A DNA stretch of 24,000 nucleotides from Kaistia sp. (GCA_965279105.1 OZ257135.1:4368147-4392146), one strand, 5' to 3'; positions 1-8,983 are shown, counted from the first letter of the stretch. The notes: generated by a model not told the origin, from the letters alone. Translations and numbers: made by a program.

Positions 1-557
1 TCGCGCCGGCGCCGGCCGACAACACCTGGGTGATCGCGGTCCGCAAGGATGTCGCCGATGCGAACAGCCTGAAGTCGCTCGAGGACTTCGCCAAGTGGCT
101 GAACGGCGGCGGCACGTTCAAGATGGCCGCGTCAGCCGAATTCGTCGAAAGCCCGGCGGCGCTGCCGGCGTTCCAGACCGCCTATGGCTTCAAGCTCGGT
201 CCGGACCAGATCGTGACGCTGGCCGGCGGCGACACCACCACCTTCATCCGCGCCGCGGCCGAGCAGACCTCCGGCGTCAACGGCTCGCTCGCCTATGGCA
301 CGGACGGCGCGCTGGCAGCGCTCGGCCTCGTCGCGCTCACCGACGACAAGGGCGTGCAGCCGGTCTATGCCCCGGCGCCGATCATCCGCGAGGCGGTGCT
401 GAAGGACTATCCGCAGATCGCGGAACTGCTCGCGCCCGTCTTCGCGACGCTCGACGCGCCGACGCTGCAGTCGCTGAACGCCAAGATCGCGGTCGACGGC
501 CAGGACGCGGCAGTGGTCGCGGCGGACTATCTGAAGTCGAAGGGCCTCGTGAAGTAG
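1..557 (+). CDS. yehZ: Osmoprotectant-family (OpuAC/ProX-like) ABC transporter substrate-binding protein, C-terminal part; the 5' end lies outside the window
   Basis: Frame 3 is open from base 3 (APAPADNTWVIAVRKDV...), so the M at 30 in the ORF track is internal. The sequence is periplasmic-binding-protein-like (FVESPAALPAFQTAYGFKL, LAYGTDGALAALGLVALTDDKGVQPVYAPAPIIRE). It is followed by long permease, ATPase and short permease, the osmF(yehZ)-yehY-yehX-yehW order and sizes. The symbol is assigned from architecture. Confidence 0.8.
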   Translation, partial: APAPADNTWVIAVRKDVADANSLKSLEDFAKWLNGGGTFKMAASAEFVESPAALPAFQTAYGFKLGPDQIVTLAGGDTTTFIRAAAEQTSGVNGSLAYGTDGALAALGLVALTDDKGVQPVYAPAPIIREAVLKDYPQIAELLAPVFATLDAPTLQSLNAKIAVDGQDAAVVAADYLKSKGLVK

Positions 558-570
558 CCTCGGTCTGCCG

Positions 571-1722
571 GTGCTGAAGAACCGCGTCCTGCTGCTGCTG
601 GTCGCCGTCGGTCTTGCCGCGGCGGCCGGCATGCCGCTCCTGACCCATGCGCCGAACCGGCTGCTCTCCGGGCAGCCGGTGGCATGGTCCGCGATCCTCA
701 GTGCGGGTCGCCTGCTCGTGCTCATCCCGGCGCTGCCGCTGCTGGCCGGGCCGTTCCTGCCCGAGAGACGTGGCGTCTCGATCCTCATCGCCCTCTCGGG
801 CGCGGGTTTCGCGGCGGCGCTGCTCTGGCTCGCCGGCGACACCGCGCTCCGGCTCGCGGACCCTGCAACGCCGTCGGCGCGAACCTCGTTCGGCGGCGCC
901 TTCTGGCTGATCGAGGCCGTGACCGTCCTCGCCGCCGCCGACGCGCTGCAGCGCGCTACCGCCCATCCGGCTGTCCGCATCGGCGCCGGCCTGCTGCTCG
1001 CGGTGCCCGTGCTGGTGCTGATCGGCTCAGGCGCGATCGACCAGCTCTCGATCATGAAGGAATATGCGAACCGCCGGGACATCTTCGCGGCGGCGGTCGC
1101 GACCCATCTCGCCATCGTCGGCGCGACGCTGGTGCCGACGCTCGGCATCGGGCTGCCGCTCGGCGTTCTCGTCGTCCGCCGGGCCCGGCTGCGGCGGCCC
1201 GTCTTCGCCGCCCTCAACATCATCCAGACGATCCCCTCGATCGCGCTGTTCGGCCTCCTGATCGCCCCGCTCGCCGGCCTCGTGATGCTCGCTCCCGTGC
1301 TCGGGCGCCTCGGCATTTCCGGCATCGGCTGGACGCCGGCGATCATCGCGCTGACGCTCTACTCGCTGCTGCCGATCGTGCGCAGCACCGCCGCGGGCCT
1401 CGGCCAGGTTTCGGCCTCCGTCGTCGACGCCGCGACCGGCATGGGCATGACCAAAGGCGAGATCTTCCGCCGCGTCGAGGTTCCGCTGGCGCTGCCGGTC
1501 GTCATCGCCGGCCTCCGCGTCACCATCGTGCAGGCGGTCGGCCTCACCGCCGTCGCCGCGCTCATCGGCGCCGGCGGCCTCGGCGCCATCATCTTCCAGG
1601 GGCTGAACGGAAGCGCCATCGATCTGGTGCTGCTCGGCGTCGTCCCGCTCGTCGCCATCGCCATCGCCGCCGATATCGCGCTGAAGCTCGCCGTCACCAT
1701 GCTGACACTGAGGTCCGGATGA
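571..1722 (+). CDS. yehY: ABC transporter permease with a roughly 165-aa N-terminal multi-TM extension (YehY-like, 383 aa)
   Basis: GTG start 14 nt after the upstream stop. The C-terminal half is a typical BPD/OpuC-type permease (IIQTIPSIALFGLLIAPL, EVPLALPVVIAGLRVTIVQAVGLTAVAALIGAGGLG). The N-terminal half is several extra hydrophobic helices. The 383-aa size matches E. coli YehY (385 aa, from memory). Confidence 0.85.
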   Translation: MLKNRVLLLLVAVGLAAAAGMPLLTHAPNRLLSGQPVAWSAILSAGRLLVLIPALPLLAGPFLPERRGVSILIALSGAGFAAALLWLAGDTALRLADPATPSARTSFGGAFWLIEAVTVLAAADALQRATAHPAVRIGAGLLLAVPVLVLIGSGAIDQLSIMKEYANRRDIFAAAVATHLAIVGATLVPTLGIGLPLGVLVVRRARLRRPVFAALNIIQTIPSIALFGLLIAPLAGLVMLAPVLGRLGISGIGWTPAIIALTLYSLLPIVRSTAAGLGQVSASVVDAATGMGMTKGEIFRRVEVPLALPVVIAGLRVTIVQAVGLTAVAALIGAGGLGAIIFQGLNGSAIDLVLLGVVPLVAIAIAADIALKLAVTMLTLRSG

Positions 1723-2651
1723 TCACCTTCGAACAGGTCGGCAAGGACTATGGCGACTGGACAGCCATCGACGATCTCTCGCTCCATATCGCCAAGGGCG
1801 AGTTCTGCGTGCTGATCGGCCCGTCGGGCTCCGGCAAGACGACGACGCTGAAGATGATCAACCGGCTGATCGAGCATGACCGCGGGCGCATCCTGTTCGA
1901 CGGCGCCGAGATCCGATCCTTCGCGCCGGAGCAGCTCCGCCGACGCATGGGCTATGCCATCCAGTCGATCGGCCTTTTCCCGCACTGGACGGTGGAGGAG
2001 AACATCGGCGCGGTGCCGCGGCTGCTCGGCTGGCCGCGCGACCGCATCCGCGACCGCGTCACGGAACTGCTCGAACTGCTGGCGCTCGATCCCGCCCGTT
2101 TCCGCGACCGCTACCCGCGCCACCTCTCCGGCGGCCAGCAGCAGCGCATCGGCGTCGCGCGGGCGCTCGCGGCCGATCCCGCGGTGCTGCTGATGGACGA
2201 GCCGTTCGGCGCGCTCGATCCCGTCACGCGCGACACGCTGCAGGCCGAGATGCTGCGCATCCACAAGGCGTCCGGCACCACCATCGTCCTCGTGACGCAC
2301 GACATCGACGAGGCGATCCGGCTCGGCAGCCGTATCGTCATCCTGGATCGCGGCCGCATTGTCCAGTCCGGCAGCCCGCGCGCCATCCTCGCCCAGCCGG
2401 CCAACGACTTCGTCGCCGATTTCGTCGGCCGCGAGGATATCGGCATCAAGCTGCTGTCGATCGAGCGCGTCGCCGATCGCCTCAGGCCGGACGAGGCGGC
2501 GGGCGACGGCGAGCCCATCGCCGCCGATGCCAGCCTCCGCCATGCGCTGTCGGTCTTCGTCGCCCGCGGGGTCGACCGGCTTCCGGTCGTCGACGGCGGC
2601 CGGCCGGTCGGCGCCATCCACCTCGCCGATCTGATCGGCAGCCGGCCGTGA
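1719..2651 (+). CDS. yehX: ABC transporter ATP-binding protein with a C-terminal CBS-like domain (YehX/OpuCA-like, 310 aa)
   Basis: The ATG at 1719 overlaps the upstream TGA (ATGA). Walker [10 protein letters not shown], signature [15 protein letters not shown], Walker [13 protein letters not shown]-loop VTHD, and a C-terminal CBS-like segment ([20 protein letters not shown]). The track ORF 684..2651 is in frame, but its first ~345 aa are Arg/Pro/Ala read-through over the yehY gene. Confidence 0.9.
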   Translation: MITFEQVGKDYGDWTAIDDLSLHIAKGEFCVLIGPSGSGKTTTLKMINRLIEHDRGRILFDGAEIRSFAPEQLRRRMGYAIQSIGLFPHWTVEENIGAVPRLLGWPRDRIRDRVTELLELLALDPARFRDRYPRHLSGGQQQRIGVARALAADPAVLLMDEPFGALDPVTRDTLQAEMLRIHKASGTTIVLVTHDIDEAIRLGSRIVILDRGRIVQSGSPRAILAQPANDFVADFVGREDIGIKLLSIERVADRLRPDEAAGDGEPIAADASLRHALSVFVARGVDRLPVVDGGRPVGAIHLADLIGSRP

Positions 2652-3403
2652 GGCGCTGGCTCGGCGATCCGCTGCTGTGGACCAGCCTCGCCCTGGTCGG
2701 GCTGGTGTTGTTCATGCCGGCGCTGAAGCCGCTCTTCGCCGCGCTGTTTCCAACCCAGGACCGGCCGCTCTTCGAGCAGGACAGCTTCCTCAACCTGACG
2801 CTCGCCCATATCGGCCTCGTCGCCGCCTCGAGCGCGATCTCGGTCGCGGTCGGCGTCGGGCTCGGCCTCGCGGTGACGCGCGCCGCGGGCCGCGAGTTCC
2901 GCCCGCTCGTCGAAACCGTGGTCGCGATGGGCCAGACCGTCCCGCCGGTCGCGGTGCTCGCCATCGCCGTGCCGCTGATCGGCTTCGGCGCCCTGCCCGC
3001 GCTGATCGCGCTCGCCCTCTACGGCCTGCTGCCGGTGACGGAGGCGACCGTCGCCGCCATCGAGCAGGTGCCGCCCGGCGCGCGCGAGGCGGCGCGCGGC
3101 ATCGGCATGAGCGCGTCGACGCGGCTCGCGCGGGTCGAGCTGCCGCTGGCGGCGCCTGTCATTCTCGCCGGTATCCGCACCTCGGTCATCATCAATATCG
3201 GCACGGCGGCGATCGCCTCGACCGTAGGCGCCAAGACGCTCGGGCTGCCGATCATCATCGGCCTCAGCGGCTTCAACACCGCCTATGTCCTGCAGGGCGC
3301 GCTGGTCGTCGGCCTGCTCGCGGTGGTCACCGACCTCGCTTTCGACCGACTCGGCGCCCATTTGAGCCGCTGGAGTCGCGACGAGGCGACAGCGCTGTCG
3401 TGA
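2648..3403 (+). CDS. yehW: ABC transporter permease (YehW-like, 251 aa)
   Basis: The GTG at 2648 overlaps the upstream TGA (GTGA). It is hydrophobic with a permease EAA-like loop ([33 protein letters not shown]). Fourth gene of the SBP-permease-ATPase-permease set. Confidence 0.85.
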   Translation: MRRWLGDPLLWTSLALVGLVLFMPALKPLFAALFPTQDRPLFEQDSFLNLTLAHIGLVAASSAISVAVGVGLGLAVTRAAGREFRPLVETVVAMGQTVPPVAVLAIAVPLIGFGALPALIALALYGLLPVTEATVAAIEQVPPGAREAARGIGMSASTRLARVELPLAAPVILAGIRTSVIINIGTAAIASTVGAKTLGLPIIIGLSGFNTAYVLQGALVVGLLAVVTDLAFDRLGAHLSRWSRDEATALS

Positions 3404-3468
3404 TCTGTCAAATTCGGCGTCGAAACTCGCCCGAAGGAGTGGCACACTCCCGCCGTGCAAGACGCCGA

Positions 3469-3494
3469 GGAACCGCGACGCACTGCCACGCGTT
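3469..3494 (+). promoter_or_regulatory. Candidate EcfG/sigma-EcfG-type general stress response promoter (GGAAC-N17-CGTT)
   Basis: GGAAC at 3469-3473, a 17-nt spacer, then CGTT at 3491-3494, 40 nt upstream of the ATG at 3534 and in the correct orientation. This matches the alphaproteobacterial EcfG/RpoE2/SigT consensus GGAAC-N16-17-CGTT. Confidence 0.6.
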
Positions 3495-3533
3495 CCGGTG
3501 TGATGAGCGAGCCGATGGAACAGGAGACAGGGC

Positions 3534-3977
3534 ATGCCAGGCAAGAGCGACGAAGCAATCCGCATCCGCGCCTATGAGATCTGGGTGGCGGAAGGCCAGC
3601 CGCATGGCCGCGATTGGGACCATTGGCTGATGGCGGTCGCCGAGATCGAGGGTGCCGAAAGCGCCAAGCCGGCCAAGGCTGGCAAGACGGGAGCCAGCAA
3701 GAAGGCGGCCGCGGCTGCCGAGGAAGCGCCGAAGACCGCCGCCGTGAAGGCCGCCGCCAAGGCGAAGGACGACACGAAGGCCAAGGCCGCACCCAAGGCC
3801 AAGGCCCCCGCTAAAGCGAAACCCGCCAAGGGCGCGACCGAGGCGCCCGCCGAAGTGCTCGACGCCGGCACCAGCCCGGCCGAGGCAACCCTTGCCGCCG
3901 AGAGCGCCCCCGAGGCCGTGAAGGTCGCCGAGGCGCCGAAGAAGGCCCGCGCCACCAAGTCGAAGGCGACCGCCTGA
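3534..3977 (+). CDS. DUF2934-domain protein with a Lys/Ala/Pro-rich histone-H1-like C-terminal tail (147 aa)
   Basis: GGAG at 3523-3526, 7 nt before the ATG. The N-terminus IRIRAYEIWVAEGQPHGRDWDHWLMAVAEI is the DUF2934 signature (ERAYxxW...G.P.G.....W..A). The rest is low-complexity KAKAAPKAKAPAKAKPAKG / KKARATKSKATA. Confidence 0.85.
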   Translation: MPGKSDEAIRIRAYEIWVAEGQPHGRDWDHWLMAVAEIEGAESAKPAKAGKTGASKKAAAAAEEAPKTAAVKAAAKAKDDTKAKAAPKAKAPAKAKPAKGATEAPAEVLDAGTSPAEATLAAESAPEAVKVAEAPKKARATKSKATA

Positions 3978-4009
3978 GCGAGGCGACGTCCGCGCTCGAT
4001 CTGCCTCGC
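3978..4009. terminator. Weak stem-loop between convergent genes (GCGAGGC-N18-GCCTCGC)
   Basis: A 7-bp GC stem at 3978-3984 and 4003-4009, in the 47-bp gap between the DUF2934 gene stop (3977) and the dctD stop (4025). There is no clear U-tract, so terminator function is uncertain. Confidence 0.3.
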
Positions 4010-4024
4010 CATTGACGTGAAGAC

Positions 4025-5380
4025 CTAGCGCGCCGAGAAATCGGCGCGCGTGATGCCATGGCGCTTCAGCTTGTCGTAGAAGGTCTTGCGCGGCAGGTTC
4101 AGCCGCTCGATCGTTGCCTTGACGTCGCCGCCGGTCTCGCGCAAGGCCGCCTTGAGCAGATCCGCCTCGAACCGGTCGACGCGCGCGGTCAGCCCGCCGG
4201 CGTCGCCGAATGGCGCGATCCCCTCCGTGGGGGCGGCCTCTTCCGCGGCGAGGCCGAGCACGTAGCGCTCGGCGAAATGCAGCAATTCGCGCACATTGCC
4301 CGGCCAGTCATGCGTTTCGAGATGCGTGCGGGCGGCGGCCGAGAGGTCGGGTTGCGGGCGGCCGAAACGCTGCGCGGCGCGCCGCAGGAAAGCGCCGAAC
4401 AGGAGCGGGATATCGGCGCGGCGCTCGCGCAGCGGCGGCACGCGCAGGGTGACGACATTGAGACGATAATAGAGGTCGCTGCGGAAATCGCCGCGCGCCG
4501 CCGGATCCGACAGATCGATCTTCGCCGCCGCCACGACGCGGAGGTCGACCGTCCGGCTTTCGTTGGTGCCGAGCGGCTCGACCCGGCGCGTCTCGAGCAC
4601 GCGCAGGAGCTTCACCTGCAGCGCCGGCGGCATGGATTCGATCTCGTCGAGGAAGAGCGTGCCGCCGTCCGAATGCTCGATGCGCCCGACGCGCCGCTTC
4701 TGCGCGCCGGTGAAGGCCCCGGCCTCGAAGCCAAACAATTCGCTCTCGATGACACTCTCCGGCAAGCCGCCACAGTTGAGCGCGACGAATGGACGGCCGG
4801 CGCGCTGGCTCCACCGGTGCAGATGCTCGGCCACCACCTCCTTGCCGGAGCCGGTCTCGCCTTCGACCAGCACGTCGACATCGGCGTCGGCGATCTGGCG
4901 GATGGTAGCGCGCAGCCGCCGCATCGACGGCGCCTCGCCGAGAAAGGCGAGGTCGTCGTCGCTCCGCGCCGCCGCGGCCCGCAGCCGCCGGTTTTCGAGC
5001 ACCAGCCCCCGCTTCTCGAGGCCGCGCTTCACCGCCTCGAGCAGACGGTCGCTGGCATAGGGCTTGGTGATGAAGTCATAGACGCCGTCCTTCAGCGCCG
5101 CGACCGCGAGGTCGACATCGCCATGCCCGGTGACGAGGATCACCGGCAGGTCAGCGTCGCGCGCGCGGATGCGCTCGAAGAGCTGCAGGCCAGAGAGACC
5201 GGGCATGCGGATATCGCTGACGACGACGCCGGCAAAGTCCTCGCCCAGCGAGGCCAGCGCCGCCTCGGCCGAGGCGAAGACCAGCGGCCGGTAGCCGGCG
5301 AGTTCGAGCGTCTGCGCGGTCGCGGCGCGGAGATCGGCGTCGTCGTCGACGAAGACGACCGGATCAGGCGTGGTGCTCAT
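4025..5380 (-). CDS. dctD: Sigma-54-dependent response regulator DctD (C4-dicarboxylate transport transcriptional regulator), 451 aa
   Basis: Receiver domain ([14 protein letters not shown]), AAA+ sigma-54 activator core (GETGSGKE Walker A, GAFTGA motif in [19 protein letters not shown]) and a C-terminal Fis-type HTH ([13 protein letters not shown]). It is translationally coupled (ATGA overlap at 5377-5380) to the upstream kinase and adjacent to dctA. Confidence 0.92.
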   Translation of the reverse strand: MSTTPDPVVFVDDDADLRAATAQTLELAGYRPLVFASAEAALASLGEDFAGVVVSDIRMPGLSGLQLFERIRARDADLPVILVTGHGDVDLAVAALKDGVYDFITKPYASDRLLEAVKRGLEKRGLVLENRRLRAAAARSDDDLAFLGEAPSMRRLRATIRQIADADVDVLVEGETGSGKEVVAEHLHRWSQRAGRPFVALNCGGLPESVIESELFGFEAGAFTGAQKRRVGRIEHSDGGTLFLDEIESMPPALQVKLLRVLETRRVEPLGTNESRTVDLRVVAAAKIDLSDPAARGDFRSDLYYRLNVVTLRVPPLRERRADIPLLFGAFLRRAAQRFGRPQPDLSAAARTHLETHDWPGNVRELLHFAERYVLGLAAEEAAPTEGIAPFGDAGGLTARVDRFEADLLKAALRETGGDVKATIERLNLPRKTFYDKLKRHGITRADFSAR

Positions 5381-7206
5381 CGGGCATGCCTCAAATCGAG
5401 AACGAACAGCGCGCCGCGTTCCGTACCGGCCTCATGGCGCAGGGCGCCGCCGAACTCGCGCGCGATCTCGCCTGAGATGACGAGGCCGAGCCCGAGGCCC
5501 GCTTCCTTGGTGGTGACGAAGGGCATGAACAGCGTCTCGGCGACATCGGCCGGAATGCCGGGACCATTATCGGCCACAGTGACGCGGACGAGGTCGTCGT
5601 CGCTCTCGACCGTGAGGGTGATGCGCCCGTCCGGTCGCCCCTTCAGCGCGTCGAGCGCATTCTGCAGGAGATTGACGAGGATCTGTTCGAGGCGGATGCG
5701 GCTCGCCACCACGACCGGCGGCGGCCCGGCCCGTGAGCGGACGATGGCGACGCCGCTGTCGCGGATGCGGCCGGCGAGCAGCGACAGCGCCCCGTCGATC
5801 GCCTCGTCGAGCACGACAGGCGCCAGCGGGCTGGTGGCGCGGCGGGCGAAGCCGCGCAGCGTGCCGGTGATCTCGCCGATCCGGTCGGCCATGCGGCTGA
5901 TCGCGCCCATGTTGTCGCGCGCCGGCTCGGGGCGGCCGCCATCGAGAAAGCGGCCGGCATTGTCGGCATAGGCGCGGATCGCCGCGACAGGCTGGTTGAT
6001 CTCATGCGCGACGCCGGCCGCGATCTGGCCGAGGATCGACAGGCGATTGGCCTGGGCGAGGTCCTCGCGGAGGCGCCGCACGCGCTGCTCGGCGCTTTCG
6101 CGGCTGGCGATCTCGCCGGCGAGCGCCGTATTGGCGCGGCTGAGCTCGCCCGTGCGCTCGATCACCCGCCGCTCGAGCTCGGCATTCATTTCGGAGAGCG
6201 CCGCCTGACGGCGGCGAGCAGCAAGGCGGCGGCGCTGGATGGCGATGCCGAGCGCCGCCAGCGCCAGCAGCGCGGCGAGCACCGTCAGCACGGACGTGCG
6301 CGCGGCGGCGCTGCTGGCGGCATCGGCCGGTACCAGGACCGTCAGCCGCCATCCGGGCGCCGCATCGCCGACGGGGCCGGCCGCCTCGACAGAGCGCGCG
6401 CTGCGTCCCTCGCCATCGACCAGCACCAGCCCACTGCCCTCGTGCCGGATCGGCAGCGCGGCAAGCGGCACATCGCCGATCTGCAACGCCTGCCGCGCCG
6501 CCGCCTCGTCGGCAAGCGGGGCCAAGAGGCCGAAACGCCAGCCCGGCCGGCTCGTCACCAAGACGATGCCCTGCCGGTCGGAGGCGAAGATCGTATAGCC
6601 GCTCAGCAGCCAGTCCGCCTCGACGCGGTCGAGCTCGACCTTGACGACGGCGACGCCGAGCGGGCCGGCGGGGCCGTCGACCCGGTGCGAGAGATAGAGC
6701 CCCGGCCGCCGGCTGACGGTGCCGAGCGCATATTGCAGGCCGCGCCCCTCGCCCATCGCGGCGGTGAAATAGGTGCGGAAGCCGTAATCGCTGCCGACGA
6801 AGCTGTCCGGCGCATCGAAATTGGAAGCGGCGACCGTGATGCCGTCGGCGCCGATGAGGTACACGACGCTGGCTCTCGCCTCGCCGGCCAATTGCTTCAG
6901 CTTCAGGCTGATGCGCCGCGCCCGCTCGGCATCGGGCGCCGCCAGCAATCCGGCGACGTCGCTGTCGAGCGCGAGCACCGCCGGCAGCAATTGCTGCTTC
7001 GAGATCTCGCCGGTCAGCGCCGCGACGGCGAGGGGCAGCGTCGCCTCGGCGCGGGCGCGAAGATCCGCGACCGCGAGCCGCCGCCCATAGCGATCGGCCG
7101 CGATGACCATGACGGCCGCGACGAGCACGGCCAGAAGCAGCCCGGCGGCGCCCCAGAGGCTGGCCGGGCGCCAGCGGGCGCGATGGCCTGTGCTGATCGA
7201 CGTCAT
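5377..7206 (-). CDS. dctB: Sensor histidine kinase DctB (C4-dicarboxylate sensor), 609 aa
   Basis: N-terminal TM, a large periplasmic region, a second TM, then an H-box ([22 protein letters not shown]), an N-box (LLQNALDAL) and G-boxes (DNGPGIP, GLGLGL). It is divergent from dctA and upstream of dctD, the canonical rhizobial dctA/dctBD layout. Confidence 0.9.
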   Translation of the reverse strand: MTSISTGHRARWRPASLWGAAGLLLAVLVAAVMVIAADRYGRRLAVADLRARAEATLPLAVAALTGEISKQQLLPAVLALDSDVAGLLAAPDAERARRISLKLKQLAGEARASVVYLIGADGITVAASNFDAPDSFVGSDYGFRTYFTAAMGEGRGLQYALGTVSRRPGLYLSHRVDGPAGPLGVAVVKVELDRVEADWLLSGYTIFASDRQGIVLVTSRPGWRFGLLAPLADEAAARQALQIGDVPLAALPIRHEGSGLVLVDGEGRSARSVEAAGPVGDAAPGWRLTVLVPADAASSAAARTSVLTVLAALLALAALGIAIQRRRLAARRRQAALSEMNAELERRVIERTGELSRANTALAGEIASRESAEQRVRRLREDLAQANRLSILGQIAAGVAHEINQPVAAIRAYADNAGRFLDGGRPEPARDNMGAISRMADRIGEITGTLRGFARRATSPLAPVVLDEAIDGALSLLAGRIRDSGVAIVRSRAGPPPVVVASRIRLEQILVNLLQNALDALKGRPDGRITLTVESDDDLVRVTVADNGPGIPADVAETLFMPFVTTKEAGLGLGLVISGEIAREFGGALRHEAGTERGALFVLDLRHAR

Positions 7207-7217
7207 CAGGCCAGCCT

Positions 7218-7266
7218 AGTGCGAAACACCGCACAAGGAAATCCCGCCTGTGCGGAAAACCGCCCA
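7218..7266. promoter_or_regulatory. Tandem dyad-symmetric sites, candidate DctD upstream activating sequences
   Basis: Site 1 at 7218-7235 is AGTGCGA-AACA-CCGCACA. Site 2 at 7249-7266 is TGTGCGG-AAAA-CCGCCCA. Both fit TGTGCGG-N4-CCGCACA (5/7 and 6/7 arm symmetry). Their centres are 31 bp apart (about 3 helical turns), roughly 75-115 bp upstream of the sigma-54 promoter. Confidence 0.6.
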
Positions 7267-7318
7267 GTCCATCGAGAAGCCGTGAGTGCAATGGCTGAAT
7301 TCCGCCATTTCAAACGAC

Positions 7319-7333
7319 TGGCATAGCGCTTGC
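7319..7333 (+). promoter_or_regulatory. Sigma-54 (-24/-12) promoter of dctA
   Basis: TGGCAT-AGCGC-TTGC versus the consensus TGGCAC-N5-TTGC(A/T). The GG (7320-7321) and GC (7332-7333) have correct spacing. It lies about 105 nt upstream of the dctA ATG and downstream of the dyad sites. Confidence 0.8.
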
Positions 7334-7439
7334 GCCTTCGTCAGCGAGACGAAGCATCTGTGCGGATCCTGTGCCGCCGGTGCGGGAGGAACCAGTCCGG
7401 GGCCGGCCGTCTCCCCCGGGCGAGGAGGAGGAAGAGTCC

Positions 7440-8777
7440 ATGGCGATCTCCATCGCATCCGGCCGCGAGGCCTCCGGCCCGAAGCCGTTCTATGCCCAGC
7501 TCTATGTCCAGGTCCTGACCGCGATCGCGCTCGGCATCGCCGTCGGCCATTTCTATCCGGACCTCGGCACCAGCCTGAAGCCGCTCGGCGATGCCTTCAT
7601 CAAGCTGGTCAAGATGATCATCGCCCCGGTGATCTTCCTGACGGTGACCACCGGTATCGCGGCGATGCACGACCTCCGCAAGGTCGGCCGCGTCGTCGGC
7701 AAGGCGATGACCTATTTCATCACCTTCTCGACGCTGGCGCTCGCCATCGGCCTCATCGTCGCCAATGTCGTCCAGCCCGGCGCCGGCTTCAATGTCGATC
7801 CGGCCAGCCTCGATCCGGCGGCGGTCCAGAGCTTCGCCGAGAAGGCGCATGACCAGACCATCACCGGCTTCCTGATGAACATCATCCCGACGACGATGGC
7901 CGATGCGCTCGCCTCGGGCGACATCCTGCAGGTGCTGTTCGTCGCCGTGCTGTTCGGCATCGCGCTCGCCATGGTCGGCGAGGCCGGCGAACCGGTCACC
8001 CGCTTCCTGACCGCGCTGACCGTGCCGATCTTCCGCCTCGTCGCCATCCTGATGAAGGCGGCCCCGATCGGCGCCTTCGGCGCGATGGCCTTCACCATCG
8101 GCAAATATGGCATCGGCTCGGTGGTGAACCTCGCCTTCCTCGTCGGCACTTTCTACATCACCTCGATCCTGTTCGTCCTCGTCGTGCTCGGGGCGGTTGC
8201 CCGCTACAACGGCTTCTCGATCCTGAAGCTCATCCGCTACCTGAAGGAAGAGCTGCTGCTCGTCCTCGGCACCTCCTCGTCCGAGGCAGCGCTGCCCTCG
8301 CTCATGGAAAAGATGGAAAAGGCCGGCGCCAAGCGCTCGGTGGTCGGGCTGGTCGTGCCGACGGGCTATTCGTTCAATCTCGACGGCACCAACATCTACA
8401 TGACGCTGGCGGCCCTCTTCATCGCCCAGGCGACCAACACCCATCTTTCGCTCGAGCAGCAGGTCCTGCTGCTGCTGGTCGCCATGCTCTCGTCCAAGGG
8501 CGCGGCCGGCATCACCGGCGCCGGCTTCATCACGCTCGCGGCGACGCTTTCGGTCGTCCCGACCGTGCCGGTCGCCGGCATGGCGCTGATCCTCGGCGTC
8601 GACCGCTTCATGTCGGAATGCCGGGCGCTGACCAACTTCATCGGCAATGCCGTCGCGACGCTGGTCGTCGCGCGCTGGGAAGGCGAACTCGACACCGCTG
8701 CGATGCATGCGGCGCTGGACGGAACGCCGGCTGCGAACGAACAGCCTCTCGAAGGCGGGCTGGTCGCCGCCGAATAA
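7440..8777 (+). CDS. dctA: C4-dicarboxylate transport protein DctA (dicarboxylate/amino acid:cation symporter family), 445 aa
   Basis: Near-colinear with rhizobial DctA as I recall it ([104 protein letters not shown]). I chose the ATG at 7440 over the track start at 7371 because of the purine-rich RBS (GAGGAGGAGGAAGAG) immediately upstream and homologue N-termini. Confidence 0.95.
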   Translation: MAISIASGREASGPKPFYAQLYVQVLTAIALGIAVGHFYPDLGTSLKPLGDAFIKLVKMIIAPVIFLTVTTGIAAMHDLRKVGRVVGKAMTYFITFSTLALAIGLIVANVVQPGAGFNVDPASLDPAAVQSFAEKAHDQTITGFLMNIIPTTMADALASGDILQVLFVAVLFGIALAMVGEAGEPVTRFLTALTVPIFRLVAILMKAAPIGAFGAMAFTIGKYGIGSVVNLAFLVGTFYITSILFVLVVLGAVARYNGFSILKLIRYLKEELLLVLGTSSSEAALPSLMEKMEKAGAKRSVVGLVVPTGYSFNLDGTNIYMTLAALFIAQATNTHLSLEQQVLLLLVAMLSSKGAAGITGAGFITLAATLSVVPTVPVAGMALILGVDRFMSECRALTNFIGNAVATLVVARWEGELDTAAMHAALDGTPAANEQPLEGGLVAAE

Positions 8778-8801
8778 GGCGAGCAATTCGAAAGCCTTGA
8801 A

Positions 8802-8832
8802 GGGGCGCGCTCGTCGCGCCCCTTTCCATTTT
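8802..8832 (+). terminator. Rho-independent terminator after dctA
   Basis: GGGGCGCG-CTCGT-CGCGCCCC (8802-8822) followed by the T-rich TTTCCATTTTG, 25 nt after the dctA stop. Confidence 0.75.
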
Positions 8833-8836
8833 GCCC

Positions 8837-8862
8837 GGAACCAAACCACCGCCGCCTCCGTT
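8837..8862 (+). promoter_or_regulatory. Second candidate EcfG-type general stress promoter (GGAAC-N17-CGTT)
   Basis: GGAAC at 8837-8841, a 17-nt spacer, then CGTT at 8859-8862, 36 nt upstream of the sORF ATG at 8898. The geometry matches the 3469 site, and it sits immediately after the dctA terminator. Confidence 0.6.
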
Positions 8863-8897
8863 AGTCGTCCATCTGGAAACCAACGGAGGCTGACAAA

Positions 8898-8975
8898 ATG
8901 GGTCGCTCGATACTTCTGTGGATGCTTGGCATTCCGATCCCGATCATCATTCTTCTCGCCCTCTTCTGGCATTAG
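8898..8975 (+). CDS. Small hydrophobic protein, 25 aa (MGRSILLWMLGIPIPIIILLALFWH), not in the supplied ORF track
   Basis: ATG at 8898 with GGAGG at 8885-8889 (8-nt spacing), a single predicted TM helix and TAG at 8973-8975. The next gene starts 9 nt later. It resembles short conserved hydrophobic peptides I recall seeing upstream of membrane-protein genes in Rhizobiales (recollection, not checked). Confidence 0.6.
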   Translation: MGRSILLWMLGIPIPIIILLALFWH

Positions 8976-8983
8976 GTCTCGCG

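Noticed and set aside
684-2651. 655-aa plus-strand ORF suggesting a much longer ATPase
   Set aside because: Only the last 310 aa (from ATG 1719) look like an ABC ATPase. The first ~345 aa are Arg/Pro-rich read-through in an alternative frame of the yehY permease gene. The ATG at 1719 is coupled (ATGA) to the permease stop.
3503-3577. Short ORF (MSEPMEQETGHARQERRSNPHPRL) starting at ATG 3503, upstream of and overlapping the DUF2934 start
   Set aside because: It is out of frame with the DUF2934 gene, has no RBS, and overlaps that gene's well-supported RBS and start. It is most likely a chance ORF within the 5' leader.
7371-7439. Upstream start for dctA (track start 7371)
   Set aside because: The extra 23 aa ([23 protein letters not shown]) have no counterpart in DctA homologues. 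The DNA is better explained as the purine-rich RBS and leader for the ATG at 7440.
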